A stretch of DNA of 64,000 bases from an uncultured Gemmatimonadales bacterium (GCA_963798845.1 CAWCUS010000002.1:384001-448000), one strand, 5' to 3'; shown: positions 10,728-21,919, counted from the stretch's first letter. The notes: a model not told the origin generated them from the letters alone. A program made the numbers and translations.

Positions 10728-11528
10728 TCAGCTGATGCGGGTCCCGACGAAGTGATTGAGCGGACCGTTGCCCGCGCCGAGCCCGGGCGCCTCGGCGATG
10801 GCGCGATGGACGTAGTCGAGCCCGGCTTCCACCGCGTCCTCGAGAGCCCACCCGGTGGCGAGCCCGGCCGCGATCGCGGCGGAGAGTGTGCAGCCGGTGC
10901 CGTGGGTGCTCCGGGTCGCCAGCTTCGGTCGCCGCCAGGTCCTGTGCCCGCTCGCGTCCACCAGCACATCGACCACTTCCGACCCGCCCAGGTGGCCGCC
11001 CTTCACCAGGACTGCGCCGGCCCCCTTACCGACCAGCAGGTCGCCGACGGCGCGCATGTCGTCCTCGGTCTCCACCGCGCGCCCGGCGAGCAGGGCAGCC
11101 TCGTCCAGGTTCGGGGTCACGAGCGCGGCCAGCGGCACGAGGCGCTCCAGCACCGCGCCTTCGGCATCGCGGTCCAGGAGGCGGTCGCCGCTGGTGGCGA
11201 CCATGACGGGGTCGAGCACGTACCACGGCAGCTCGAGCTCCTCCAATGCGCGCGCCACCACCTCCACCAGCCCGGCCGTCGCCAGCATTCCGGTCTTGCA
11301 TGCCGCGGGGTGGAGGTCGTGGGCCACCACCTCGATCTGCCGGCGCACGATGTCGTCCGGGACGGCGTGGACGCCGTGCACGCCCAGCGTGTCCTGCACG
11401 GTGATCGCCGTGATGGCGCTGGTGCCGAACACGCCGAACGCGTGGAACGTCTTGAGGTCCGCCTGAATGCCGGCGCCGCCGCCGCTGTCGCTGCCTGCGA
11501 TGGTCAGGGCCACTGGGAGAGCGGGCAT
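10728..11528 (-). CDS. thiD: Hydroxymethylpyrimidine/phosphomethylpyrimidine kinase
   Basis: ALTIAGSDSGGGAGIQADLKTF, KTGML, VLDPVM, TPNLDEA, THGTGCTLSAAI. Confidence 0.95.
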   Translation of the reverse strand: MPALPVALTIAGSDSGGGAGIQADLKTFHAFGVFGTSAITAITVQDTLGVHGVHAVPDDIVRRQIEVVAHDLHPAACKTGMLATAGLVEVVARALEELELPWYVLDPVMVATSGDRLLDRDAEGAVLERLVPLAALVTPNLDEAALLAGRAVETEDDMRAVGDLLVGKGAGAVLVKGGHLGGSEVVDVLVDASGHRTWRRPKLATRSTHGTGCTLSAAIAAGLATGWALEDAVEAGLDYVHRAIAEAPGLGAGNGPLNHFVGTRIS

Positions 11529-11678
11529 GATGGGTCCCTTCGGGGACGGGTCACGGTCCACGCGGCGGGCGTCGCACACGCGGCGCCAAGGTACGGGAAG
11601 GAGCGGCCGGCCGGAAAGGCGGAGGGGACCCTGCCTCTCCGGCGCGGGTCCCCCCCGGTGTCGAATCCCGCGGCGCGG

Positions 11679-12506
11679 TCAGCCGCCCTTCGGCTGGGGC
11701 GGCGGTGCCGGCAGCTGGTGGACGCGCCTCTTGAACGCGCTGAACTCCGCGGACGTGACCTGGAGGTTCGCGGTCTCCTGCGGCGGGAGCGCCCGGATCA
11801 GGTCCCGGACGTGTGCGATCCGGTCCTCGGTGAGCGGGTGAGTCGAGAACCACTGCTCGAGCGTCGACGGCGACTGCTCCCTCTGGGCCAGCAGCTTCTT
11901 GAAGAGCGTGACCAGTCCGTTCGGATCGATTCCGGCCTCCGGCAGGAGCTGCACGGCGATGGCGTCCGCCTCCGACTCATCCTGCCGGCTGTGTTGAGCG
12001 AGATAGGCCTGGGCGCCGACGTTGATGGCCGCGCCCGCGACGCTGGACGGCTGAACGCCCAGCAGCACGCTGGCCACGGTCGCGCCCACCTGCGCCGCCT
12101 GCGCCTGCTCCATGAGCTTGATGCTGTGACGTGCCTCGACGTGCCCGATCTCGTGGGCCACGACGCCGGCGAGCTCCGCCATGTTGTCCGAGTTCTCGAC
12201 GATGCCCCGGTTGATGTAGACGTAGCCGCCGGGAATGGCGAAGGCGTTCATCTCGTTGGTGTTGACGAGATAGAACGTGTACGGTATGTCCCGGTTCCCC
12301 GGCTGCCGCTGGATCCGGTCGCCCAGCTGGTTGAGGTACCGGTGGATCGCGGGGTCGTCGATGATGGGCAGCTGGCGGTTGATCTGGGCCGCGTACTGCT
12401 GCCCCATCTGGATCTCCTGCTGCGTGGACACGCCGCACGCGGAGAGCGCCAGCGACCCGGCCACCAGGCCGAGAGGGAGCATGCGGCGGATATTTGAACC
12501 GATCAT
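11679..12506 (-). CDS. M48 family zinc metallopeptidase lipoprotein (BepA/YfgC/LoiP-like)
   Basis: Lipobox LSAC, NAFAIPGG, HEIGH zinc motif, ESEAD, FSTHP. Confidence 0.9.
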   Translation of the reverse strand: MIGSNIRRMLPLGLVAGSLALSACGVSTQQEIQMGQQYAAQINRQLPIIDDPAIHRYLNQLGDRIQRQPGNRDIPYTFYLVNTNEMNAFAIPGGYVYINRGIVENSDNMAELAGVVAHEIGHVEARHSIKLMEQAQAAQVGATVASVLLGVQPSSVAGAAINVGAQAYLAQHSRQDESEADAIAVQLLPEAGIDPNGLVTLFKKLLAQREQSPSTLEQWFSTHPLTEDRIAHVRDLIRALPPQETANLQVTSAEFSAFKRRVHQLPAPPPQPKGG

Positions 12507-12553
12507 GGCGGTGCTCCTCCTGGAAATTCCATCGTACAGCCGGGTGGCCCGGG

Positions 12554-12569
12554 TGCAAGGCATATACCA
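12554..12569 (-). promoter_or_regulatory. Candidate sigma54 promoter for the M48 peptidase
   Basis: TGGTATATGCCTTGCA (GG-N10-GC) about 48 nt upstream of the ATG, which has a GGAGG RBS. Confidence 0.65.
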
Positions 12570-12578
12570 CACGTTCGC

Positions 12579-13355
12579 ATGCTGACCCGCGGCGAGGAGA
12601 GGCTGATCCGGTCACTCGAGCGCCGCAAGGCACGCGAGGCCGAAGGGCTCTTCGTGGCCGAGGGAGTGCGGGTGGTCGAGGAGATGCTCCGTGCCGGCGT
12701 AGCCCCCAGGCTGGTCGTGGTGTCGCCGGCGCTCGCGGAGACCGCTCGCGGTGAAGCGCTCCGGAGCCACCTTCTCGCCGTCGCACCCGACGCGGTGCGC
12801 GACGTCGATGACGCGGAACTGCAGCGCCTTTCCGAAACGCGGACCTCCCAGGGCGTGCTGGCCGTGGCGCCGATCCCCGTGACGGATCTGACGGCCATCG
12901 AGCCATCGGGCTCCTCCTTCGCGCTCGTCCTGGACGCGGTGCAGGACCCGGGCAACGTGGGCACGCTGGCTCGCAGCGCCGCGGCGTTCGCGTGCGCCCC
13001 GCTCATCTGCCTCCCCGGCACGGTGGATCCCTGGAACGCCAAGGCGGTCCGCGCTTCCGCCGGTGCGCTGTTCCGGCTCCCGGTGGTGGCGGCCGCGCCG
13101 GAAGCCGCGTGGGACTGGCTGGACGGCCACGGCTTCGCGCTCTGGGGCGCCGACGCGTCCGGCGAGCCCGTCCACGCGACCCGGCCGCCCGCGCGCGTCG
13201 CCCTCGCGGTGGGCAACGAGGGGGCGGGGCTCGGCCAGGCCGTCCGGGCCCGCTGCGCCCGACTCGTGGCCGTGCCAATGGAGGCGGGGACCGAATCCTT
13301 GAACGTCGCGGTGGTCGCCGGGATCCTCATGTACGCCATCACGCGAGGGCGGTAA
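12579..13355 (+). CDS. TrmH/SpoU family RNA 2'-O-methyltransferase
   Basis: FVAEG, VQDPGNVGTLARSA, VGNEGAG, ESLNVAV. Confidence 0.92.
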   Translation: MLTRGEERLIRSLERRKAREAEGLFVAEGVRVVEEMLRAGVAPRLVVVSPALAETARGEALRSHLLAVAPDAVRDVDDAELQRLSETRTSQGVLAVAPIPVTDLTAIEPSGSSFALVLDAVQDPGNVGTLARSAAAFACAPLICLPGTVDPWNAKAVRASAGALFRLPVVAAAPEAAWDWLDGHGFALWGADASGEPVHATRPPARVALAVGNEGAGLGQAVRARCARLVAVPMEAGTESLNVAVVAGILMYAITRGR

Positions 13356-14140
13356 TGGAGGGTGCGCTCTTCACGATCTATCTGACGGTGCTCGGCGCGG
13401 CGTTCGGGTCGTTCCTGAACGTCGGGGTCTACCGGTGGCCGGCGGGCGAGTCCGTCGTACGACCCCGCTCCCGGTGCCCCGCCTGCGGCTCCGCCATCGC
13501 CTGGCACGACAACATCCCGATCGCGAGCTGGCTCTTCCTGCGCGGCCGCTGCCGCGCCTGCGGCGCGCGGATCTCCGTGCAGTACCCGCTCGTGGAGCTG
13601 GCGGTGGCGCTGACCTGGATGGGCATGGCGCTCTGGCAGGGCCCCGGCCTGGAAGCCGTACGCGGGGCGGTCCTGATCACCGTGCTTCTCGGAATCGCCA
13701 TCACCGACGCCCGTCACCGGGTCATCCCGGACCAGCTCTCCCTCGGCGGGGCCGTGCTGGGCCTCGCGCTGGCGGCGTGGCCTGGCGGATATCCGCTCCT
13801 GGATGCGGTCGTTGGCGCGCTGGGATCGGGCGCATTCATGTGGCTGGTGAAGCTGGGCGCGGAAGCGCTGTTCCGGAAGCCGGCGCTCGGCGAAGGCGAC
13901 ATTCTCATGATGGCCATGGTCGGCGCCTTCGTCGGCATCGGAGGGGCGTTCCTCACGATCTTCCTCGGATCCCTGCTCGGTCTGCTGATCGGCGTCCCGC
14001 TGGCGTGGCGGAAAGGCGACCTGCGGGCCCTCGGCACCTACCTGCCTCTGGGCACCTTCCTGGCCATGGGGGGAACGGTGACGTATCTCTGGGGCGGTTG
14101 GCTGCTCGCCTGGTACTTCGGCTACGCGCTCTCCACATGA
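13355..14140 (+). CDS. pilD: Prepilin peptidase / N-methyltransferase (A24)
   Basis: GSFLNV, SRCPAC...DNIPIASWLFLRGRCRAC, ISVQYPLVE, GEGD. TAATG overlap with the upstream gene. Confidence 0.92.
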   Translation: MEGALFTIYLTVLGAAFGSFLNVGVYRWPAGESVVRPRSRCPACGSAIAWHDNIPIASWLFLRGRCRACGARISVQYPLVELAVALTWMGMALWQGPGLEAVRGAVLITVLLGIAITDARHRVIPDQLSLGGAVLGLALAAWPGGYPLLDAVVGALGSGAFMWLVKLGAEALFRKPALGEGDILMMAMVGAFVGIGGAFLTIFLGSLLGLLIGVPLAWRKGDLRALGTYLPLGTFLAMGGTVTYLWGGWLLAWYFGYALST

Positions 14141-14667
14141 GAGATCCCGACACGCACGAGCCCGAAAGCCGCACCCCCGGCGCCGCGACGAACCCGTCCA
14201 GCGACACGGCGGCGGACTCAGGCCGTTCCGGCGACGAGCTCCCCGAGCGGCCGCTCGGGCTCAGCCTCCTCACCTGGCTGCTCGCCTTCTGGGCCGGAGC
14301 CATCCTCCTCATCCTGCTCACCCTGGCGTTCGGCGAAGGCCCGGTCATGATGAGCGGGCGGAGCGTCCGGCGGCCCGAGGCGCTGGCGCTCCTCGTCCCC
14401 GTCCTGGGGCCCATGGCGCTCGCTGCCGCCGGAGCGGCGCTGGCTCTCGCCCTCCGGCAGTCGTGGGCGCGCGCGGCCGTTTTCCTCCCCGTCGGTTTGG
14501 TGGCCATGGCCCCCGTGTTCACGGGCGTCGCCGGCACCGCAGGAGACCTGACCCGCTCGGTCGTGGAGACGCTCCCGTTCGCCGCGCTGCTCGCCTGGTA
14601 CCTGTACGGCCGGGCCACGGTGGTGAAGTACTTCGGCGCCCTGCGTGCGCAGAAGAACCGGAGCTGA
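14137..14667 (+). CDS. Hypothetical membrane protein (about 4 TM)
   Basis: ATGA overlap with pilD; RPLGLSLL followed by hydrophobic segments. Confidence 0.7.
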   Translation: MRDPDTHEPESRTPGAATNPSSDTAADSGRSGDELPERPLGLSLLTWLLAFWAGAILLILLTLAFGEGPVMMSGRSVRRPEALALLVPVLGPMALAAAGAALALALRQSWARAAVFLPVGLVAMAPVFTGVAGTAGDLTRSVVETLPFAALLAWYLYGRATVVKYFGALRAQKNRS

Positions 14668-14754
14668 GGGCGTTCCGGGAGCGGCGGCCGGTGCCAGCAA
14701 GCCGTCAGGAGGGAGCGGACGCGCCGCCAGCGCTGGCGGCGAGAGGTCGGGGCG

Positions 14755-15864
14755 TCAGCCGCCGAATCGAGCCGGGTCGAAGGCAGTCTCGGGCACCGCG
14801 TCGCGGAGGACGGATTCGACCACCCGCTCGGCCGTTTCGGGCGCCAGCAGGATCCCGTTGCGGAAGTGCCCCGTCGCGAACACCAGTCCCTCCACGTCCG
14901 GATCGCGTCCGATCACCGGCAGGCCATCCGCCGCGGCCGGTCGCAGGCCTACCTGGAAGCCTTCGATCGGGGCGTCGGCGAGGGACGGAGCGATGCGCGC
15001 GGCCAGCCGCAGGAGCCGCTCGACGGCCCCGGCGGTGACGCGAGCGGAGTATCCTGCTTCCTCCATGGTCGACCCCACCAGGAGCCTCCCGTCCATGCGC
15101 GGCACCAGGTAGACGCCCGGCCCCCAGGTGGTGCGCCCGAGCACCGGCGGCACGGAACGGAGCACCACGATCTGGCCGCGCACGGGGCGGATCGGGAGGC
15201 GGCGGGGCAGGTCGATACGGCCGCTCCATGCCCCCGCCGCCACCACCACGGCGTCGGCCGGCACGGCCTCGCCGCCGGACAGGCGCACACCCGTCACTTT
15301 CCCCCCGTGCGTTTCCAGCGCTTCCACCGCGACACCCGTCCGGAGGCGGGCTCCTTCGCGGCTCGCAGCGATCCAGAGCGCGCGCACCAGCCTCGCGTTG
15401 TCGACGCGGTAGTCATGGTCCGTGGAGAGTGCGAGCACGGCGTCCGGTGTCACGCCCGGCGCGATGCGGCGCAGCTCGTCGCCCTGCAACAGGCGGCTCT
15501 CGTGGCCGGCCTCGGCCTGCATCCGCTGGTGTCGGCGGAGCGCCGCGGCCGCCGCATCGTCCAGTGCGACGTCCAGCCGCCCGTCCTGGCGGAACTCCAC
15601 GTCCATCCCGGACGCGGCCTCCACCTCGCGGACGAAATCCGGATACCGGTCGAGCGAGCGGAGGCCGAGCTCCAGAAACGGACCCGGCTCCTCCGCCTCC
15701 TTCAGCGGCGACAGCATCCCCGCGGCGGCGGAGGAGGCGTGGATGCCGGGCTCGTCGCGCTCCAGGAGCACGACTTCGGCGCCCGCGCGCGCCAGGCGCC
15801 AGGCGGACGCGCAGCCGATGATCCCACCGCCAACGACGGCGACGCGCGGCCTCGGCGCGCTCAC
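14755..15864 (-). CDS. thiO: Glycine oxidase (DAO family)
   Basis: VAVVGGGIIG, ASSAAAGML, PVRGQ, YLVPR, GLRP, GHFRNGILLAP. GTG start at 15864. Confidence 0.88.
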   Translation of the reverse strand: MSAPRPRVAVVGGGIIGCASAWRLARAGAEVVLLERDEPGIHASSAAAGMLSPLKEAEEPGPFLELGLRSLDRYPDFVREVEAASGMDVEFRQDGRLDVALDDAAAAALRRHQRMQAEAGHESRLLQGDELRRIAPGVTPDAVLALSTDHDYRVDNARLVRALWIAASREGARLRTGVAVEALETHGGKVTGVRLSGGEAVPADAVVVAAGAWSGRIDLPRRLPIRPVRGQIVVLRSVPPVLGRTTWGPGVYLVPRMDGRLLVGSTMEEAGYSARVTAGAVERLLRLAARIAPSLADAPIEGFQVGLRPAAADGLPVIGRDPDVEGLVFATGHFRNGILLAPETAERVVESVLRDAVPETAFDPARFGG

Positions 15865-16400
15865 CGGTGCGGCTCCGGCAGATCGGCGGCCAGGTAGCGG
15901 CGGGACAGCTCGACGTAGTGCGACGCGCTGATCTCGATCCACTCCGCCGATTCACCGGCCAGCTCTTTCCGCACCGCCGCCGGGGCGCCCGCCACGAGCG
16001 TACGGGGAGGCACCTGCATGCCCGTGGGCACCACGCTGAGCGCCGCCACCAGTGCCTCCTCGCCGACCACGGCGTGGTGCAGCAGGACCGCGTTCATGCC
16101 GATGAGCGCGCCACTCCGGATCTCGCAGCTTTCGAAGACCGCGCCGTGGCCCACGGTGACGTCGTCCCCCAGCAGTGTCGGACCGTCGCCGCTTACGTGG
16201 AGGACGCAGTTGTCCTGGACGCTCGTGCGGCGACCGATGCGGATGCCGTGTTCCGGGTGGTCCGCCCGCAACACGGCGCCGAACCAGATGCTGGACTCCG
16301 CCCCCACCTCGACATTGCCGATCAGCACGGCCGTGGGGGCGACGAAAGCCGAAGGATGGACGCGCGGCGTGTGGCCGCCGAATGGAATGATGTACGCCAT
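15861..16400 (-). CDS. Gamma carbonic anhydrase family protein (YrdA/CaiE/PaaY-like)
   Basis: Hexapeptide repeats, SSIWFGAVLRAD, SVQDNCVLH, VTVGHGA. Confidence 0.9.
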   Translation of the reverse strand: MAYIIPFGGHTPRVHPSAFVAPTAVLIGNVEVGAESSIWFGAVLRADHPEHGIRIGRRTSVQDNCVLHVSGDGPTLLGDDVTVGHGAVFESCEIRSGALIGMNAVLLHHAVVGEEALVAALSVVPTGMQVPPRTLVAGAPAAVRKELAGESAEWIEISASHYVELSRRYLAADLPEPHR

Positions 16401-17365
16401 CAGCTCTCGGAAAGAATTCTCGCAAGGTCGCGGGCGTCGATGTTGCCCCCGCTGATCACCACCGCGGCCGGCCCGCGGATTTCCAGCACGCCTGCCATCA
16501 GCGCCGCCACGCCGACGACGCCGGAGCCTTCCGCCACCACTCCTTCATGGTCGTAAAGCGCCCGGATGGCCGGCGCGATCCGGTCCTCCGGAACCAGGTG
16601 AATGCCGTTCACCACGGGACGGGCACGCTCGTAGCTCTCCTCCTCCACTTCACCGGCCAGGCCATCGCACAGCGTGTCCCGCCACGGCGTGGGCACGACG
16701 CGGCCCGCCTCGAATGCGGCGTGCATTGCGCAGGTGTGCTCCGATTGCACGCCCAGCACCCGGGTCCCCGCGCCGGTGAGCGCGCGGCAGGCGATGCCCA
16801 CCCCCGCCGCCAGTCCGCCGCCGCCCACAGGGACGAGCACGTCCCGGACCGCTGGCTGTGCTTCGATGATCTCCAGACCCACCGTCCCCTGGCCCGCCAC
16901 CACGTCCGGATCGGAAAAGCCGTGAACCATGTGCGCCCCTGTTTCGCTCGCCATCTCGGCGGCGACCACGGCCGCATCGTCGTACGTGCCCGCAACCTCA
17001 CGCAGCGCAGCCCCGAACGCGACGATCCGGCGCTTCTTGGTTTCCGGCGCCGAGGCCGGGACCACGACGGTAGCCGTGGCGCCGAAGAGGCTCGCGGCCA
17101 GCGCCAGCGCCTGCCCGTGGTTGCCCGCCGAGGCGGCGATCAGGCCGCTGCGGCGGGCTTCCTCGCCGAGCGCTGCGACTGCGTTGTACGCGCCACGCAG
17201 CTTGAACGAGCCGGTCCGCTGCCAGCACTCGAGCTTCAGGAAGACCTCGTGACCCGTCAACTCGCTGAGCCATGGGGAGAGCTGGAGCGGCGTCTCTCGC
17301 ACGATGCCGGCGAGCCGCGAGCGGGCTTCGACCAGCGCCTGTGCGTTCGGAAGACCCGGACGCAC
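16400..17365 (-). CDS. PLP-dependent threonine/serine dehydratase family protein (no ACT domain)
   Basis: KLECWQRTGSFKLRGA, ASAGNHGQ, VPVGGGGL, ISGGNID. GTG start overlaps the upstream TAG. Confidence 0.9.
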   Translation of the reverse strand: MRPGLPNAQALVEARSRLAGIVRETPLQLSPWLSELTGHEVFLKLECWQRTGSFKLRGAYNAVAALGEEARRSGLIAASAGNHGQALALAASLFGATATVVVPASAPETKKRRIVAFGAALREVAGTYDDAAVVAAEMASETGAHMVHGFSDPDVVAGQGTVGLEIIEAQPAVRDVLVPVGGGGLAAGVGIACRALTGAGTRVLGVQSEHTCAMHAAFEAGRVVPTPWRDTLCDGLAGEVEEESYERARPVVNGIHLVPEDRIAPAIRALYDHEGVVAEGSGVVGVAALMAGVLEIRGPAAVVISGGNIDARDLARILSES

Positions 17366-18696
17366 TACGCTCCGTTCCCGCGCTCCGCGCGGGGCGATCG
17401 CGTCGACCGGCTCTCGTCGTCCCGATTCTGAGCTGCGCGCCCCCCCGCCTCCTCGCCGGCCGCCGCTTCGGCGGAGGGGGCGAGGCGCGTGATGCGGGCA
17501 CGCATGACCTGCGTGTCGGACGCGTCCAGGACCTCGATCTCGAGCCCCTGCCGCCGGAGCTTCTCCTTGGGCTGCGGCACGCGCCCGAGCTCCTCCATCA
17601 GGTAGCCGTTGAGCGACCGGTGCTCGAGCAGGGGGAGGGCGGCGTTGAAGAGGTGGTTGATCTCGCGCAGCTCGGTGTCGCCCTCGGCGATGATCTCGTT
17701 GCGGGAGATCCGTACGATCGAGACCTCGGTCACGTCCGTCTCGTCCTCGATCTCCCCCACCAGCTCCTCGATCACGTCCTCCAGCGTCACCAGCCCGTCG
17801 ATCCCGCCGTACTCGTCCACCACCAGTGCCAGGTGGATGCGGCGGTTCTGGAAGTCGCGCAGCAGCCGGGTGAGCGGAAGCGAGCCAGGGACGACCAGCG
17901 GCTGCCGGGCCAGGCTGCGCAGCGGCGTCTGGCTCTGCCCCGCTACCAGCGCCTGGTACGCGTCGCGCAGGTAGAGCACGCCGGTCACGTCGTCGATGGA
18001 CTCGTCGTAGACGGGAACGCGGGAGAAAGGCACGCTCCCTACCTGCGGCACGATCTCCTCCAGCGTAAGGGAGTCCGGCCAGGCGAATATGTCGACGCGC
18101 GGCGTCATGACGTCCCACACGTGCGTGTCCTCGAGGCGGAACGCCCGCTCGATGATCTGGCCTTCGTGCTCGTCGATCGCTCCTTCGCTCCGTCCAAGCG
18201 CCGTCAGCTGGCGCAGCTCCGTCTCGGTGATCTCGGTCACCGACGTGAGACGGGGCTCGGGCAGCGACGCGGTCATGCGCTCGAGCGGGTACAGGATCGG
18301 GCGCAGGATTCGGCTCAGCGCCAGCATCATGGGGGCGATCGCCACCGCGAAGCGGACCCCCCGATCCGGCAGGATCCGGCGCGGCCACAGCTCCCCGACC
18401 GCCACGAGCAGGACCGACGCCACCACGATCCCGATCACGCCCCCCCAGACGGGGAGGAGGAGGTGCCCGATCCGGAACGCGGCGGCGCCGGCCACCACGG
18501 CCGCCATCCCGTCGCCAAAGCGGAGCAGGACGAGGAGGGCGCGTGGCCGCGCGCGTATGCGCGCCAGGGCGCCCGTCCCGCCCTCGACGAGGGTGCGGAT
18601 GCGCGCATCGCCGAAAGAGAAGAGGGCGACCTCGGCGGCCGTGAGGAACGCGGAGATGGCCAGGGAAAGCAGCAGGGCGACGACGAGGCCGATCAT
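17365..18696 (-). CDS. CNNM/TlyC hemolysin-family protein (DUF21 + CBS pair + CorC-HlyC domain)
   Basis: SAFLTAAEVAL, VMTPRVD, FSRVPVY, VVDEYGGIDGLVTLEDVIEELVGEI. Confidence 0.92.
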   Translation of the reverse strand: MIGLVVALLLSLAISAFLTAAEVALFSFGDARIRTLVEGGTGALARIRARPRALLVLLRFGDGMAAVVAGAAAFRIGHLLLPVWGGVIGIVVASVLLVAVGELWPRRILPDRGVRFAVAIAPMMLALSRILRPILYPLERMTASLPEPRLTSVTEITETELRQLTALGRSEGAIDEHEGQIIERAFRLEDTHVWDVMTPRVDIFAWPDSLTLEEIVPQVGSVPFSRVPVYDESIDDVTGVLYLRDAYQALVAGQSQTPLRSLARQPLVVPGSLPLTRLLRDFQNRRIHLALVVDEYGGIDGLVTLEDVIEELVGEIEDETDVTEVSIVRISRNEIIAEGDTELREINHLFNAALPLLEHRSLNGYLMEELGRVPQPKEKLRRQGLEIEVLDASDTQVMRARITRLAPSAEAAAGEEAGGRAAQNRDDESRSTRSPRAERGNGA

Positions 18697-18745
18697 GCGG
18701 CCCGCCTTCGGTGGGGAGGCTCCTCTGCCTTTCGACTACTTCGGT

Positions 18746-19780
<1,035 letters not shown>

Positions 19781-19784
19781 CGGT

Positions 19785-20225
19785 TCACGGCAGCTCGAAC
19801 CCGGTCTGCTGCTCCAGCCGCGAATCCTCCGCGGTCAGCCAGCCGCGCGCCTGGAAGGCCCCCGCGTGATCGCCGGGGTCCCACTCGGCGTCCATGTCCC
19901 AGGTGTCACCGGGCGAGAGCGTGTCATGGGAGATCGCCTGCAGGAACGCCATGTCGCTCGACCACTGCCACACCTGCTCACCCGCCTGCGCCGTCACGGC
20001 GAAGTCGTAGCGCTGCGACGTCGGGAACGTGAACGAGACGGGCTCCCGCCCTCCGTTCGTCACGTGCAACAGCAGGTGAACCCGGTCTGGACGCACCTCC
20101 ACCTCCATCGACACTGCCAGATCGCCCACCCCGGCCCCACCTTCCGTTCCCGATACCGGCGCCTCCCGGGGAGCGCCGCAGGCGAGCACAAAAACGCTTA
20201 CGGCCAGTGCGGGAAAAGCTCGCAT
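19785..20225 (-). CDS. Lipoprotein with BsuPI-like (intracellular proteinase inhibitor) domain
   Basis: Lipobox VLAC; pattern FTFPTSQRYDF...VWQWSSDMAFLQA...LSPG resembles the BsuPI family. Confidence 0.7.
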   Translation of the reverse strand: MRAFPALAVSVFVLACGAPREAPVSGTEGGAGVGDLAVSMEVEVRPDRVHLLLHVTNGGREPVSFTFPTSQRYDFAVTAQAGEQVWQWSSDMAFLQAISHDTLSPGDTWDMDAEWDPGDHAGAFQARGWLTAEDSRLEQQTGFELP

Positions 20226-20272
20226 CGCTTCCTCCGTCAGCTTCATGACGGTTTGCAGAGAGCGCACGGGAG

Positions 20273-20288
20273 TGCAAGATAGAGACCG
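20273..20288 (-). promoter_or_regulatory. Candidate sigma54 promoter for the BsuPI-moxR operon
   Basis: CGGTCTCTATCTTGCA (GG-N10-GC), with a weaker -24 match. Confidence 0.45.
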
Positions 20289-20335
20289 CGCGCGAAGCGG
20301 GTCAAACTGGTCGGCGCCGGGGGCTGCGGCAGCGC

Positions 20336-20364
20336 TTGCGCTTTTTTTCACAAAGCCGTAGCTT
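20336..20364 (+). promoter_or_regulatory. Candidate sigma70 promoter of the atp operon
   Basis: TTGCGC-N17-TAGCTT in an AT-rich patch. Confidence 0.5.
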
Positions 20365-20399
20365 CGCGTTCGGCACGACCCGGAGAAGGGGCGGCAGCC

Positions 20400-20666
20400 G
20401 TGGCGGATGGTCGTGGGCGGGGTTCGGAAGGCCAATCGTCGTCGACCGGCGTTGGCGAGTATCTGGGCTATGGCCTGACGTGGGTTGCGAGCACGCTGCT
20501 GTTCCTGTGGCTCGGCACCAAGGCCGATGACTGGCTGCACACTGAACCCTGGCTCGCGCTCCTTGGCGCATTCGTGGGAGCGGGGGCGGGGTTCTACCAC
20601 ATGTACCATCACCTGATCGAGCAGCCTGGGCAACGGGGTCCGGACGAGAAGCGAGGCGAGGATTGA
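20400..20666 (+). CDS. AtpZ/AtpI family (ATPase gene 1) small membrane protein
   Basis: YLGYGLTW...LWLGTKADDWLHTEPWLALLG; first gene of the atp operon. Confidence 0.85.
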   Translation: MADGRGRGSEGQSSSTGVGEYLGYGLTWVASTLLFLWLGTKADDWLHTEPWLALLGAFVGAGAGFYHMYHHLIEQPGQRGPDEKRGED

Positions 20667-21022
20667 TGGTGAGCTGGCTCGCCTACGCGGCAGGGAGCGC
20701 TGTTTTGCTGGTGGGTCTGGTCGTGGTGGAGCTCGCGGTGGTGGGAAGTGCGGATCCGAGCGCGGTGTGGCTGGCGGCGGTGGTTGCGTGGTCGGTCCAG
20801 CTGGGCGCCTACGCGGCGCTCCTCGCGGGCCGCCGGCGTGGGGCGGGGTTCGTGGTGGGGTGGGCCTCGGGGATGCTGGTGCGCTTTGCCGCGGTGGGTG
20901 CCGTCGCGCTGTGGGTGACGCGGAAGCCGGAGCTGGATGCGGCGTCGGCGCTGTTGAGCCTGGTGGCGTTCATGATGGTGCTGGTACTGCTGGAGCCGCT
21001 TTTTCTGCGACTTGCTGACTGA
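20663..21022 (+). CDS. atpI: ATP synthase protein I-like 4-TM protein
   Basis: Four hydrophobic helices, GMLVRF motif, position before atpB. Confidence 0.7.
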   Translation: MMVSWLAYAAGSAVLLVGLVVVELAVVGSADPSAVWLAAVVAWSVQLGAYAALLAGRRRGAGFVVGWASGMLVRFAAVGAVALWVTRKPELDAASALLSLVAFMMVLVLLEPLFLRLAD

Positions 21023-21919
21023 ATGGTGGGCATGATTCAACCGTTGCTGCAGGCCGCCGCCCAGGAAGCCCGGGGCGAGTTCGACATCCAGGAGATGATC
21101 CTGCACCACCTGGCGGACTCGCCGGTGTGGGAAGTGGGACCGTGGACCATTCGACTGCCGCAGTTCGAGCCCGTCCACCTGGGACCGCTCGTGATGGATA
21201 TCTCCATCACGAAGCACGTCCTCTTCATGATGATGGCGGCGGTCCTGGTGGCGCTGACGCTGATTCCGGCCGCGAAGCGGGCGAAGCGCGAGCATGAGGC
21301 GGGCGCGGAGCGGGGGCCGAAGGGGCACCACAACGTGGTGGAGGTCTTCATTCTCTTCCTTCGCGACGAAGTGGCCAAGCCGAACCTGGGGCCCCACGGC
21401 GAGGCGTTCTACCCGTACATCATCTCCGTCTTCTTCTTCATCCTCTTCTGCAATCTGCTCGGCCTGCTGCCGTGGGGTGCGTCGCCCACGGGGAACATCT
21501 CGGTCACGGCGGCTCTGGCCACTGTCACTTTCCTGACCGTCGAAGTGAGCGGGATGCGGCAGCTGGGGCTGCGGAAGTGGCTGAACACGATCTTCTACGC
21601 CCCGGCCGGGATGCGGGGCGTGGGGAAGTACCTGATGGTGGTGATCATGACCCCGGTGGAGTTCCTGGGGAAGCTCACCAAGCCATTCGCGCTGGCGATC
21701 CGGCTGTACGCGAACATGACCGCGGGTCACGCCGTCGTGCTCGCGCTCACCGGGCTCGCGGTGATGGCCGTGGGAGCGAGCGCGATCTGGGTAGTGCCGG
21801 CGCCCGTGGTCATGGCCGTGGCGATCATGCTCCTGGAGATCTTCGTCGGATTCCTCCAGGCGTACATCTTCGCCATGCTGAGCGCCGTGTTCATCGGGCT
21901 GATCCGCCACGCGCACTAG
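21023..21919 (+). CDS. atpB: F0F1 ATP synthase subunit a
   Basis: NLLGLLP, KPFALAIRLYANMTAGH (essential Arg), LQAYIFAML. Confidence 0.97.
   Translation: MVGMIQPLLQAAAQEARGEFDIQEMILHHLADSPVWEVGPWTIRLPQFEPVHLGPLVMDISITKHVLFMMMAAVLVALTLIPAAKRAKREHEAGAERGPKGHHNVVEVFILFLRDEVAKPNLGPHGEAFYPYIISVFFFILFCNLLGLLPWGASPTGNISVTAALATVTFLTVEVSGMRQLGLRKWLNTIFYAPAGMRGVGKYLMVVIMTPVEFLGKLTKPFALAIRLYANMTAGHAVVLALTGLAVMAVGASAIWVVPAPVVMAVAIMLLEIFVGFLQAYIFAMLSAVFIGLIRHAH

Noticed and set aside
11529..11678. TPP riboswitch upstream of thiD (thiO and thiE also considered)
   Set aside because: No CTGAGA or matching TPP core on the minus strand. The only clear structure is a GGGGACCC/GGGTCCCC hairpin, which fits a terminator for the M48 gene. 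thiO and thiE overlap their upstream genes and have no leader.
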